Below are positions 36,458 to 44,859 of a stretch of DNA of 64,000 bases, piece after piece. The notes below the pieces were generated by a model that had not been told where the DNA came from, did not search any database, and saw only the letters and a list, made by a program, of their open reading frames with translations. Made by a program: the position numbers and the translations under genes. How positions within the stretch are numbered: the stretch's first letter is position 1; each line of letters begins with the position of its first letter. The DNA is from a virus: the IMG/VR virus record IMGVR_UViG_3300035683_000002, positions 9,117-73,116 of that record. The stretch is one strand, 5' to 3'.

Positions 36458-36786
36458 GCCGGTTCCTCCTCTTGGTCGCTGCCATCGTAGACCGGCAGGT
36501 CGTCCAGCGGTTCCGCGTCGGCGTCGAAGAGGATGTATCGGCAGCCGCGCTCGCGCGCGGCCGCGAAGGCATCCCTCAGCGCCTGGGGATAGTCGGTGTC
36601 GCTGTGCGGCTCGACCGGCACCTGCACCCACCAGCCATGCTCGGTCTCGGCGGTGTTGCCGCTGCCGAACTGCTGGAGGTGGGTGACCGCCTCGTCGTCG
36701 AGGTGGGCGGCGGCGATGTCGAGGAAGCGCCTGACATGCGGCGCGACGGCGATCTCGCCGAAGGCCTCAGGCGTGTGTTGGGACAT
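36454..36786 (-). CDS. DUF5983-like protein
   Basis: LDIAAAHL...HGWWV...ARERGCRYILFDADAEPLDDLPVY. Confidence 0.55.
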   Translation of the reverse strand: MSQHTPEAFGEIAVAPHVRRFLDIAAAHLDDEAVTHLQQFGSGNTAETEHGWWVQVPVEPHSDTDYPQALRDAFAAARERGCRYILFDADAEPLDDLPVYDGSDQEEEPA

Positions 36787-36871
36787 GGGGTGTCTCCGTG
36801 CCCCCTCTCTCGACGGGCGTAACCCGGGGGCGGTGGTCGCGCGGGGCGGGCACCCGGGAGGGTGCGCCGCT

Positions 36872-37447
36872 TCAGCCAACGAGTTCCAATCTCGGCAGCT
36901 CCCATCGGCAGATGTGCCAGGCGTGTTGCGCCTCGTTCATCAGCTGCACCGGCTCGTTGAGCAGGTGCTCCTTCACCCAGACCACCGGGCAGCCGGCGGC
37001 GCCGGCGTAGACGCGGCCGGTGGTGTTCGTCAGCGGGCCGTGGAGGCTCACCTCGGTTTCGTAGATGAAGCCGCCGATGTCGGTGCCGCTGGGGGTGATG
37101 ATGCGATAGGTCAGGCCGAGATCGGCGAGGCACTCGATGACGTGGTCGAGGCCTCGGCGGTCGTTGGGTTGATAGCCCTGCTCGTAATAGTACTCCTCCG
37201 GGTCGGAGAGAGTGATGCCGAGAGGGTGGTGGGCGGTGATCGCGTCGGCGATGGCGCGCTCGAAGAAGAGGATCCGCTCCCACTCCTCGCTCTCGTCGAT
37301 CGGGATGGCTTCCAGGTCGGGGTCGAGGATTTCGTAGCAGCAGACGGGGAACTCGGTCTTCTGGGCGAGGCATCGCGCGAGGCGTTCTGCGCCGCGGCTG
37401 CTGATGGTGCCGCCAGCGGCGATCCTGAGTTTCGGGATGTCCGACAT
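36872..37447 (-). CDS. Hypothetical protein, first gene of array A
   Basis: 191 aa, downstream of the promoter at 37527-37555. Confidence 0.65.
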   Translation of the reverse strand: MSDIPKLRIAAGGTISSRGAERLARCLAQKTEFPVCCYEILDPDLEAIPIDESEEWERILFFERAIADAITAHHPLGITLSDPEEYYYEQGYQPNDRRGLDHVIECLADLGLTYRIITPSGTDIGGFIYETEVSLHGPLTNTTGRVYAGAAGCPVVWVKEHLLNEPVQLMNEAQHAWHICRWELPRLELVG

Positions 37448-37526
37448 GGGACAGGCCTCGACGGGCGGCGGGCGGCGCCGCCGGGGTGGCGGTTGCGTCC
37501 CGCCGCGAGGGCCAGGGTCTCCGCCC

Positions 37527-37555
37527 TATATGGTGTCGGATAGGCAACAAATCAA
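37527..37555 (-). promoter_or_regulatory. Putative sigma70 promoter heading array A
   Basis: Minus strand TTGATT-N17-CATATA. Confidence 0.6.
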
Positions 37556-37602
37556 TCGGCAGGGGGATTCGCGCGACGCGACCCCAAAGGTTGGGGCTAG
37601 AC

Positions 37603-37765
37603 CACAGCAGTTTGTGTTTCGGGGGTGGTGGGACTAGCCTGCGGGGGCTCGTCGGGACCCCCCTTTGAGCGTGCGCCCCGAGCCGGGGGGCCCAGGGCGC
37701 ACGCGGGGGGAAGCCGGCGGGCTCGGGGAAGGGATGCCCTTGTCGGCTGACCACAATCTACTGTG
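37603..37765. promoter_or_regulatory. Two operators between array A and dnaB
   Basis: CACAGCAGTTTGTG (37603-37616) and GAC-CACAATCTACTGTG-GTC (core 37752-37765). Confidence 0.75.
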
Positions 37766-37818
37766 GTCGCACCGGAGCGGCAAGAACTCCCCGATTCGTC
37801 GCGATCGAGGGGAAGAGC

Positions 37819-39384
37819 ATGGAAGCCGCCGAATCCGACTTCTCAACCGTCCACGGCGGTTTGGGACGTGACCCCACGCGGGGCAGCGGCAACAGCCTCT
37901 TCGCGGCGGCGCTCCGCGACCCGCCCGCCAACCTCGAGGCCGAGCAGGCCGTCCTCGGCGCGCTGCTCGCCAACAACCGCGCCTTCGAGCGGGTCGGCAC
38001 CTTCCTCCGCGCCGAGCACTTCGCCGATCCCGTCCACGCGCGGATCTACGCCGCGATCGCCGAGCGCGTCGCCGAGGGCCGGGTGGCCGATGCGGTGACG
38101 CTGCGCAGCCACTTCGAGGGCTCCGGCGCGCTCGACGACGCCGGCGGCGTCGCCTACCTCGCGGGGCTCCTCTCCGCGATGGTCGGCATCGTCAACGCGG
38201 CCGAGTATGCGCGCGTCATCGTCGACACCTTCCTACGCCGCGAGATGATCGCGCGCTGCGAGGCGGCGGTGGCGGCGGCCTTCAACGGCGACCCGGAGGC
38301 GCCCTCGGCCGAGGAGCAGATGGAGACCCTGAAGACCTCGCTCTCCGCCCTCGACGAGCACCGCGAGCAGCCGGGCACGATGCGCACCCTCGCCGCCGCG
38401 GCGACGGCGGCGATGCGACGCGCCGAGGCGGTGGCGGCCGCTGGTGGGGTGTGCGGCACGTCCACCGGCTACTACGCGCTCGACCGGCGCACCGGCGGGC
38501 TCGAGGACGGCACCGCGCACTTCCTCGCCGGCCGGCCCGGCATGGGCAAGACGGGGCTGGCCAACGGCATCGCGCTGAAGGTCGCGCGCGGCGAGGTGGC
38601 GGAGGACTACGGCACCTGGCGGCAGGGCGAGCCGGGCGGCGTGCTCGTCATCAGCCTCGAGATGTCGGCCGAGCAGTCGGCGCGGCGGATGCATGCGATG
38701 CTCGCCGGCGTCCCCTACAGCGCGCTCAAGCGCGGCACCTGGCAGACGAGCGACGACGAGGCCTACCGGGTCATCAAGGCGCAGAAGGAGATGCACTCCC
38801 TTCCGCTGCTGATCGAGGACCAGCCGAGCCTCAGGATGGAGGCGATCGAGCTCCGCGCGATGGCGGCGGCGCGGCACTTCCGCCAGCGCGGCACGGCGCT
38901 GCGGCTGATCGTGCTCGACCACCTTCACCTCGTGGGAAAGGATCCGCGCTCGCGCTCGGGCGACACCCAGCAGGTGGGCGAGATCGCCAAGGGCGTGAAG
39001 CGCCTCGCCAAGCGGATGGAGTGCCCGGTGCTCGCGCTGGCGCAGCTCTCGCGCGGCGTCGAGGGTCGCGAGGACAAGCGCCCGACGCTCTCCGACCTCC
39101 GCCAGTCCGGCGAGATCGAGGAGATCGCCGACAGCGTGAGCTTCATCTACCGGCCCGAGTACTACATGCGGACGCCGCCGGAGCGCCGCCCGGGGGTGGA
39201 TGACTGCAAGTACGACGACCTCCTGCAGTGCTGGGAGGAGGACCGGGCCCGCGTGGCGGGCAAGGCCGAGGTGATCTACGCGAAGCTGCGCGACGAGGAT
39301 CCCGGCACCGAGCTGCTGCACTTCGACGGGCCGCTGATCCGCTTCAGCGATGCGTCGCCGGAGATGATCGCGCGCTGGCGCTGA
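37819..39384 (+). CDS. dnaB: Replicative DNA helicase DnaB (phage-encoded)
   Basis: PPANLEAEQAVLGALL, AGRPGMGKT Walker A, SLEMSAEQ, LAQLSRGVEGREDKRPTLSDLRQSGEIEE. Confidence 0.95.
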   Translation: MEAAESDFSTVHGGLGRDPTRGSGNSLFAAALRDPPANLEAEQAVLGALLANNRAFERVGTFLRAEHFADPVHARIYAAIAERVAEGRVADAVTLRSHFEGSGALDDAGGVAYLAGLLSAMVGIVNAAEYARVIVDTFLRREMIARCEAAVAAAFNGDPEAPSAEEQMETLKTSLSALDEHREQPGTMRTLAAAATAAMRRAEAVAAAGGVCGTSTGYYALDRRTGGLEDGTAHFLAGRPGMGKTGLANGIALKVARGEVAEDYGTWRQGEPGGVLVISLEMSAEQSARRMHAMLAGVPYSALKRGTWQTSDDEAYRVIKAQKEMHSLPLLIEDQPSLRMEAIELRAMAAARHFRQRGTALRLIVLDHLHLVGKDPRSRSGDTQQVGEIAKGVKRLAKRMECPVLALAQLSRGVEGREDKRPTLSDLRQSGEIEEIADSVSFIYRPEYYMRTPPERRPGVDDCKYDDLLQCWEEDRARVAGKAEVIYAKLRDEDPGTELLHFDGPLIRFSDASPEMIARWR

Positions 39385-39404
39385 GGACTACGGGAGAGGC
39401 CGAC

Positions 39405-40460
39405 ATGATGTCGCAGAGGGTGGTTCAGCTTCGGCCGGGGAGGGGTGCGCCGCGTGCCCCGCTCGTGCCGCCGGAGACGGACCTCAGGGGGTTCCGGGTG
39501 GCTTTCGACGTGAGCTGGCTGCTCGCGGCGCATGTGTGGCTGATCGGCTCGGGCGATGCGAAGGCCGCCGCGGCCGCGCTCGCCATTCGCTCGGCCGCCG
39601 AGGTGCCGGCGGGCACGCTGCCGAACGACGACGCGATGCTCGCCACGCTCAGCGGCGCGGGTGCGGCGTGGCCGGCGGTGCGCGAGCTCGTGCTGCGCGA
39701 CTGGCTGCTCTGCTCCGACGGGCGGCTGCATTGCCCGGCGCTCGCCGAGCAGGTGCGGGAGGCGGTGCGGGTGCGGGATGCGGGGGTGCGCAAGCGCGCG
39801 CAGCAGGACCGCAAGAACGCGTGGCGCACCGCGCGGAAGGAGGAGGTCCGCGCCGCCTCCGGAGGTGCGGGGGAGGGTGCGGGGAGGGGGGCAGGGGGCG
39901 TCCCCGGGGACGTCTCCGGGGACGACTCCAGAGTCGTCTCCGGGGATGACTCCAGAGTCGTCCCCGGGGACGGTCGGGGAGACGCCAAAACCCCTCCTTC
40001 CCCCCTGCACCCCCCTACCTCCCCTATAATCCCCTCCAATCCCCTCAGTACGACCCCTCCTCCCGCGGGCGGCGGCTCGGCCGAGGCGACCCAGCAGCCC
40101 CCGGCGAAGGCGGCGGGGGATTCGGCGCGGATCGGGGCCTGGTCGAGGCGGGCCTGGTGGCGGCGCCTGCAGCCGAAGCGGAGCCCGAAGACGGGGCTCT
40201 GGGTGCTCGGCGGCTACGTCCTCGAGAGCCCGGACGGCAAGGGCGCGGTGGACCAGGTCCTCGCTGCGGCGCGGCTGCCGGTGGACTGGAACGGGGACGT
40301 CGAGGCGCTGATGGACTGGCTCGCCGAGGGGTGGGACCTGCACGATGCGATCCTCCCGGCGATCCGGGACTTCAGGCGGGGGGTGAAGGGCCCGGTGTCG
40401 AGCCTGCGGCTGTTCGACACGACGGTCCGGTCGGTGCCGAAAACCCGGCGCGTGGGGTAA
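39405..40460 (+). CDS. Phage replication initiator (DUF1376/YdaU-like N-terminus)
   Basis: AGTLPNDDAMLATL...W..VR..VL..W.LCSDGRLH; follows dnaB and contains iteron-like repeats. Confidence 0.7.
   Translation: MMSQRVVQLRPGRGAPRAPLVPPETDLRGFRVAFDVSWLLAAHVWLIGSGDAKAAAAALAIRSAAEVPAGTLPNDDAMLATLSGAGAAWPAVRELVLRDWLLCSDGRLHCPALAEQVREAVRVRDAGVRKRAQQDRKNAWRTARKEEVRAASGGAGEGAGRGAGGVPGDVSGDDSRVVSGDDSRVVPGDGRGDAKTPPSPLHPPTSPIIPSNPLSTTPPPAGGGSAEATQQPPAKAAGDSARIGAWSRRAWWRRLQPKRSPKTGLWVLGGYVLESPDGKGAVDQVLAAARLPVDWNGDVEALMDWLAEGWDLHDAILPAIRDFRRGVKGPVSSLRLFDTTVRSVPKTRRVG
39899..39972. repeat. Lambda-ori-like palindromic iterons inside the initiator gene
   Basis: CGTC(C/T)CCGGGGA(C/T)G at 39899, 39911, 39935 and 39959; the last three have a 24-bp period with an identical ACTCCAGAGT spacer. 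Confidence 0.7.
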
Positions 40461-40463
40461 AAT

Positions 40464-40477
40464 CACAAACCTTTGTT
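40464..40477. promoter_or_regulatory. Operator CACAAACCTTTGTT
   Basis: Upstream of the XRE gene at 40536. Confidence 0.6.
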
Positions 40478-40535
40478 GACCAGAGGTTGAGGGCGTGGCA
40501 CCGCCTCCGACACCTCCAGAGGACCCGACCGCCCC

Positions 40536-40916
40536 ATGTCGTACAAGCCGCGCGTGACCGATTTCGACGTCAAGGTCGGCGCGCGGGTGCGTGCCGCGCG
40601 GCAGCTCAGGGGCCTCTCCTCGGCCGAGATCGCGGCGGCCGTCGGCGTCTCGACGACGCAGTGGTGGAAGTACGAGCAGGGCACGAACCGGCTCGCCGGC
40701 GAGCGGCTGCTGGCGGTCTGCAGGCTGACGGGGACGAGCGCCGATGCGCTGCTCGGGCGGGCCGAGGCTCCCTCGAGCGAGGCGCGGATGGGGCGGGACC
40801 CGCGGCTCGAGCTCATGCGGCTGATGGGTGAGCTCGACGAGCCCTCGCAGCGCGCGGTGCTGGCGCTGGCGCGTTCGCTCGCGAGGCAGGCGGCGCCGGT
40901 GCGAGAGGTTGCCTAG
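40536..40916 (+). CDS. XRE-family HTH regulator
   Basis: DVKVGARVRAARQLRGLSSAEIAAAVGVSTTQWWKYEQGTNR. Confidence 0.85.
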   Translation: MSYKPRVTDFDVKVGARVRAARQLRGLSSAEIAAAVGVSTTQWWKYEQGTNRLAGERLLAVCRLTGTSADALLGRAEAPSSEARMGRDPRLELMRLMGELDEPSQRAVLALARSLARQAAPVREVA

Positions 40917-40925
40917 TCTGCGCGG

Positions 40926-41447
40926 TCAGGCCTGGCGCATGACGATGACCGCCTTCGTCACGCCCATGAGGTGGCCGGTGGTCGGGACGCCGAATTCGGC
41001 GAGCACGGCGACGTAGTCCTCGATCGAGCGCACCACCCGGTGGTGGTGGCCCTTCGCCAGCAGCCGGTCGCGGAAGTCGCGCTGGTTCGGCTCGAGGTAG
41101 GTGCGCTCCTGCACCACCTTCCCGAGCGCGTTTCGCAGCTGGTCGACCTTCGTCTCGATCCAGACCACGACGCCGCGGGGCAGGAGGAGGGCCATGTCGG
41201 TGACCCCGGAGCGCACGCCCTCGGCCTTCAGGCGCTCGGCGACGGTTGGATTGCGCTCCTCGCCGTTCGGGATCGCGAAGAGCTCGGCGTCGGCGATGCT
41301 GACGCAGGTGTCGTGGTATTTGACGATCGCCGCCTGGACGGGGTGTTCCCGGTGGGTCGGCGGCTTGCGCTTTTTCGGGGACGGCCCCGCCGGATGGACT
41401 GGCCGCGGCTTCTGCTTCAGCCCCCACTGGACTATGGGTTTTCGCAC
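40926..41447 (-). CDS. VRR-NUC-family nuclease
   Basis: EHPVQAAIV...AIPNGEER...LKAEGVRSGVTDM...WIETK...Q. Confidence 0.8.
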   Translation of the reverse strand: MRKPIVQWGLKQKPRPVHPAGPSPKKRKPPTHREHPVQAAIVKYHDTCVSIADAELFAIPNGEERNPTVAERLKAEGVRSGVTDMALLLPRGVVVWIETKVDQLRNALGKVVQERTYLEPNQRDFRDRLLAKGHHHRVVRSIEDYVAVLAEFGVPTTGHLMGVTKAVIVMRQA

Positions 41448-41448
41448 G

Positions 41449-41721
41449 TTATGGCGCTATGGTGGGTGAAAGCGGATCCGGAATCACCGCAGAGCGATGC
41501 CGAACCGGTGGTAGGAGAGCCTGTTCCACCCTTTCAAGCAGGGCGGTTGTCGGGCGCCACGGAGGCCTCGCCGGCGTGGCCCGGCACCGCCAGGCGCGGA
41601 AATTGCGGAAGGAGTTCACGTGGACGCCGGTGAGGGCGGAGAGGGCGCTCTTCGAGAGGCGGCGCCTCTGCGACAGCCTCTCGAGCCGTCTCACCAGCCT
41701 GGCGGTCCGCGTGTTCACCAT
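41449..41721 (-). CDS. Cro-like HTH protein
   Basis: LSKSALSALTGVHVNSFRN; divergent from the CI-like gene across an operator. Confidence 0.65.
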   Translation of the reverse strand: MVNTRTARLVRRLERLSQRRRLSKSALSALTGVHVNSFRNFRAWRCRATPARPPWRPTTALLERVEQALLPPVRHRSAVIPDPLSPTIAP

Positions 41722-41727
41722 GCAACG

Positions 41728-41756
41728 GGTATGGATCACAGCACTTTGTGGTGCAA
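41728..41756 (-). promoter_or_regulatory. cro promoter with the operator CACAGCACTTTGTG (41737-41750) in its spacer
   Basis: Minus strand TTGCAC-N17-CATACC, then 6 nt to the ATG at 41721. Confidence 0.7.
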
Positions 41757-41771
41757 CGGGATGGTTCGGGC

Positions 41772-42515
41772 ATGAGCGCAGCTCTTCATACGACCCCGCG
41801 AGGCGAGGCCCCGGACTTCCGGGAGACCCGCGCGCGGCAGGCGGACCGGCAGCGGAAGGCCGTGGTGACCTTCATGGAGCGGCACCGGCTGACGGCGGCC
41901 GAGTGGGCGCGCCGCGCCGAGCTGCCCTCGGCCAACGCGCTCTACACCTACCTCAGCGGGGGAACGCACTTCCTCTCGCCGCCGACCCTCTCGGCGCTCG
42001 CGCGGGCGGTGCCCGGCGCGACGGTGAGCCAGATCATCGGCGAGGCGCCGATCGAGACCCGCCCGCCGCTGCGGGTGCTGCCGGTGCGCGCGATCGCCGG
42101 CCTCGGGCGCTGGAGGGAGAGCTACGACCTCCCCGTGCCGCTCGACCTCGAGCTGCCGATCCCGGCCTCGGTGCAGGCCGACGAGATGGTGCGCCTCGGC
42201 GACGAGCACGCGTCGGAGATCTACCCGGCGGGCTCCTACCTCGCGGTCGGCGGGGTGGCGGCGCTGCCCTATCCGCTGCGCGCCGGCGACCGCGTCCTGC
42301 TGCACCGGATCGCGCGCCGCCGGCACGAGCTGACGGTGCGCGAGATCGTCGAGAGGGCCGACGGCTCGGCCGAGCTCGTGCTGCGCGGGGCGGACGGCCC
42401 CGCCATCCCGCTGCCCTGGCCCTATGACGGGCGCACCTGGGAGCTGAAGGGCGACCGCCTGCAGGTGCGCGGCCGCGTCGTCATGTCCCTCCTCCTCGAG
42501 GCGGGCGAGGCGTAG
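41772..42515 (+). CDS. CI-like repressor (HTH plus a degenerate S24-like domain)
   Basis: LTAAEWARRAELPSANALYTYLSG HTH; C-terminal VRLGDEHASEIYPAG...GDRVLLHR...ELTVREI. Confidence 0.75.
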   Translation: MSAALHTTPRGEAPDFRETRARQADRQRKAVVTFMERHRLTAAEWARRAELPSANALYTYLSGGTHFLSPPTLSALARAVPGATVSQIIGEAPIETRPPLRVLPVRAIAGLGRWRESYDLPVPLDLELPIPASVQADEMVRLGDEHASEIYPAGSYLAVGGVAALPYPLRAGDRVLLHRIARRRHELTVREIVERADGSAELVLRGADGPAIPLPWPYDGRTWELKGDRLQVRGRVVMSLLLEAGEA

Positions 42516-42576
42516 TCCCTCTACCAGCGGGCGAAAGCCTGCTGGACGCTGAAACCACAGCCCGGCATGTAGACAC

Positions 42577-42590
42577 CACAAAGAATTGTG
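42577..42590. promoter_or_regulatory. Operator CACAAAGAATTGTG
   Basis: Upstream of 42609; exact reverse complement of the 43586 site. Confidence 0.7.
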
Positions 42591-42608
42591 GTTGTGGGGT
42601 GCCTGGCT

Positions 42609-43382
42609 GTGACGAAGAAGCGGTGGAAGGCACGCGGCGGCTCGAAGGGCCGCGCCCCCGCCGCTGGGTCGCGCGGACAGGTGCATCGGCGCGAGGGCGT
42701 CGAGCTGTACCGCGACAAGACGACCGGCACCCTGATGAGCCGGAAGCCCGACCACGGGGCCGAGATGCTCGCGCTGCGCGGCGGCGGGATCGTCACCGGC
42801 CTGCGTGTCGAGACCTTCGAGGACGGCAGCGTGCAGAAATGCATCGGCGCCTGGTCGGTCACGCCGGGCGCCTGGGAGCTGCTGATCTACGAGGGCTGGC
42901 TCGACGTCTGGGACTGGGAGAAGCCGCGCCGCCTCGGGCAGCCCCGCCCGCCGACGCTCGCCCCCGGAGAGCCGGCTGACCACCTGACCAGGTGGTGGAA
43001 GGCGCGCTCCCGCCCCGAGGCGCGGCGCTGGGCGCTGCGCTGGGCCCCCTTCGCCGGCCCCTGCTGCGCCTGGCCCCGAGCCCGCGATTCCGCCAAGCGC
43101 CGGCGCGCCGCGGCCGAGGCCTTCCGCACGCTCTGCCGTCAGGCCGGCGTCGTGGGGAGAACCGTCGGCGGCTACGGCTCGGGCGTTGGCGGCCTGCCCT
43201 CGATGTCGGCGAGCCAGGCGGCGAAGCAGGGCCTGCTGCGCCAGCGCGCGTGCAAGCTGCCGCTCGGCGCCTTCGAGATCCTGCTGGAGGTGCTCGGCAT
43301 GGACATGATGCCGCCGGTGGAGCGGATCCCGGTCTTCTTCAGGGCGCTCGACAGCTACGCCGACCTGCTGAAGCTCGCATGA
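42609..43382 (+). CDS. Putative late-gene regulator/antiterminator-like protein
   Basis: GTG 42609. Q-like position after the immunity region, with a helical C-terminus. Function inferred from position only. Confidence 0.45.
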   Translation: MTKKRWKARGGSKGRAPAAGSRGQVHRREGVELYRDKTTGTLMSRKPDHGAEMLALRGGGIVTGLRVETFEDGSVQKCIGAWSVTPGAWELLIYEGWLDVWDWEKPRRLGQPRPPTLAPGEPADHLTRWWKARSRPEARRWALRWAPFAGPCCAWPRARDSAKRRRAAAEAFRTLCRQAGVVGRTVGGYGSGVGGLPSMSASQAAKQGLLRQRACKLPLGAFEILLEVLGMDMMPPVERIPVFFRALDSYADLLKLA

Positions 43383-43600
43383 CGCGCTGGCGCTTCGCGG
43401 CCGCGGGGATCTTCCGGCTGCACGAGGTGGTGGTGGAGGCGCGGAGCGAGGGCGTCGCGCGCTACCGGGCGCGCCGCGCGCTGCTCGAGGGGACCGGCGA
43501 GACCTTCCGTGTGGAACTGCTTCGGTTGCTCGGCACGGAATCGGAGCAACAAAGCCGAAAACCAGCCCCACATATGGGGGACTTGCACAATTCTTTGTGA
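43379..43600 (+). CDS. Small hypothetical protein
   Basis: ATGA overlap. Confidence 0.45.
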   Translation: MTRWRFAAAGIFRLHEVVVEARSEGVARYRARRALLEGTGETFRVELLRLLGTESEQQSRKPAPHMGDLHNSL

Positions 43601-43612
43601 TCGTAGTAGTTG
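43583..43612 (+). promoter_or_regulatory. Rightward promoter overlapped by the operator CACAATTCTTTGTG (43586-43599)
   Basis: TTGCAC-N17/18-GTAGTT/TAGTTG. Confidence 0.5.
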
Positions 43613-43666
43613 AACGTCGCTCCGCCCAAGTCGCGTCCACCACCTCGCGAATCGGGCCCGGAACGC

Positions 43667-43703
43667 AAAAACCCCCTGCCAGCGTGAGCCGGCAGGGGGT
43701 TTT
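43667..43703. terminator. Bidirectional Rho-independent terminator
   Basis: AAAAA-CCCCCTGCC-loop-GGCAGGGGG-TTTT. Confidence 0.85.
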
Positions 43704-44086
43704 CGTTTGGGCACCTCATCGGGGACAGGAGAGGCGTCCGAGGCCTCCCGGTCGGACGGCCGCACCCCGAGGGGAAGCGGCGAGCGCACTTTTTGGCAGA
43801 GGCACCGGATTGCTTCTCAGGCATGCCGGGCGAGCGCTGCGTGGTCCTGTCCTCTCCGCGCCGGCTCTGCATCCGCCCGGAGCCTCACGGCCGGGGCATC
43901 TGGCTTTGCCGCCCCCTGTGACTGCGTTGCTGTTTGGGGGGCTGAGGCGCCTGATAGGCGGCGCCGCGCGGGTCATCTGGTGATCCTCCGCCGGCGCTCC
44001 CGACAGGGGCGCGAGGGGGCAGGGGATCTCGACGGGCCACGGTGATGAGCCGTGGCGGGGCCGGGGCGCTGGTCGCGCCCACGGCT

Positions 44087-44293
44087 TCACTGTTGGCGGG
44101 GGTAGAGCACGGACACCGTCGCGTTGCGCCGGCTCCGCTCCACCTCCCGCCTCTCCCTCCATTGCTGGAGGCGTGCCCTCGCCTGGCGGCCGAGCTCCTT
44201 CAGGGCGAAGGGCGCGGCGAAGGCGATGGCGAAGATCCCGCCGATCGTCCCGACGACGTCGAGCACGGTCCAGGCGAGGTTGAGGGTGTTCAT
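44087..44293 (-). CDS. Cassette membrane protein
   Basis: MNTLNLAWTVLDVVGTIGGIFAIAFAAPFAL... Confidence 0.6.
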   Translation of the reverse strand: MNTLNLAWTVLDVVGTIGGIFAIAFAAPFALKELGRQARARLQQWRERREVERSRRNATVSVLYPRQQ

Positions 44294-44373
44294 GGGAATG
44301 TCCCGGCCCCCGATGGTCGACGGGCAGCGCCCGGGGGCAGTAGCGCCGCGGGGCGAGGCCCGAAGGCCTCGCT

Positions 44374-44859
44374 TCACGGGGTGAAGGTGAGCTCGATGTC
44401 GCTGTCGGCCTTGGGGAAGAGGTCCCCAACGCCGCGCACCGCGCTCGCGTAGCTCTCCGGCTCGCAGTCCCAGCACTCATCGGTGTCCAGCGCCCGCTCG
44501 AGCGCGGTGACGCTGTCGAGCTGGTAGGCGAAGGCGATGGCGTGCCGGCGGGTGACCAGCGAGCCGAAGAAGAGGATCGTCTCGTCGTCCCGCACTTCGC
44601 GGTCGAGCGACGATCGCATCGGCCGGGCACCCTGGGAGCACATGCTCTGCAGGGTCTCGGCGTTCCGGTTCTTCCAGGCGTACTCGAGCATGACCTCGCG
44701 GTAGACGACGGGATCCTCGATCGGCCCATCGTCCGCCTCGTCTATCCCGCCGTTGTCGACGGTCGGATCGAGGTCGGACATCTCCCACTCGGGATGAGTG
44801 TCGGGAAGGGCGGCACCGGGCGCGCGGGTGCGCGCACCGGCGAACTCGGTGTCTTGCAT
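44374..44859 (-). CDS. Hypothetical acidic protein
   Basis: ATG 44859, with its own promoter upstream. Confidence 0.55.
   Translation of the reverse strand: MQDTEFAGARTRAPGAALPDTHPEWEMSDLDPTVDNGGIDEADDGPIEDPVVYREVMLEYAWKNRNAETLQSMCSQGARPMRSSLDREVRDDETILFFGSLVTRRHAIAFAYQLDSVTALERALDTDECWDCEPESYASAVRGVGDLFPKADSDIELTFTP

Larger units (their letters stand above)
26619..37466 (-). repeat. Array A of intergenic two-hairpin elements (17 full copies, 2 partial)
   Basis: Invariant TCGACGGGC (+ strand) starts at 27190, 27569, 28172, 28649, 29351, 29916, 30257, 31731, 32034, 32377, 32856, 33311, 33993, 34655, 35500, 36132, 36810; partial copies at 26619 and 37458. mRNA-strand consensus: stop-GAAGC[stem-loop]GCCCCGC-N8-12-GCCCC-CGGG-N4-5-CCCG-TCGA-N3-4-GGGGGC-..GGA..-ATG. 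Confidence 0.95.

Noticed and set aside
27166-36871. CRISPR array
   Set aside because: The repeats are degenerate 85-105 bp elements, the intervening sequences are whole genes of 200-1400 bp, and no cas genes are visible.
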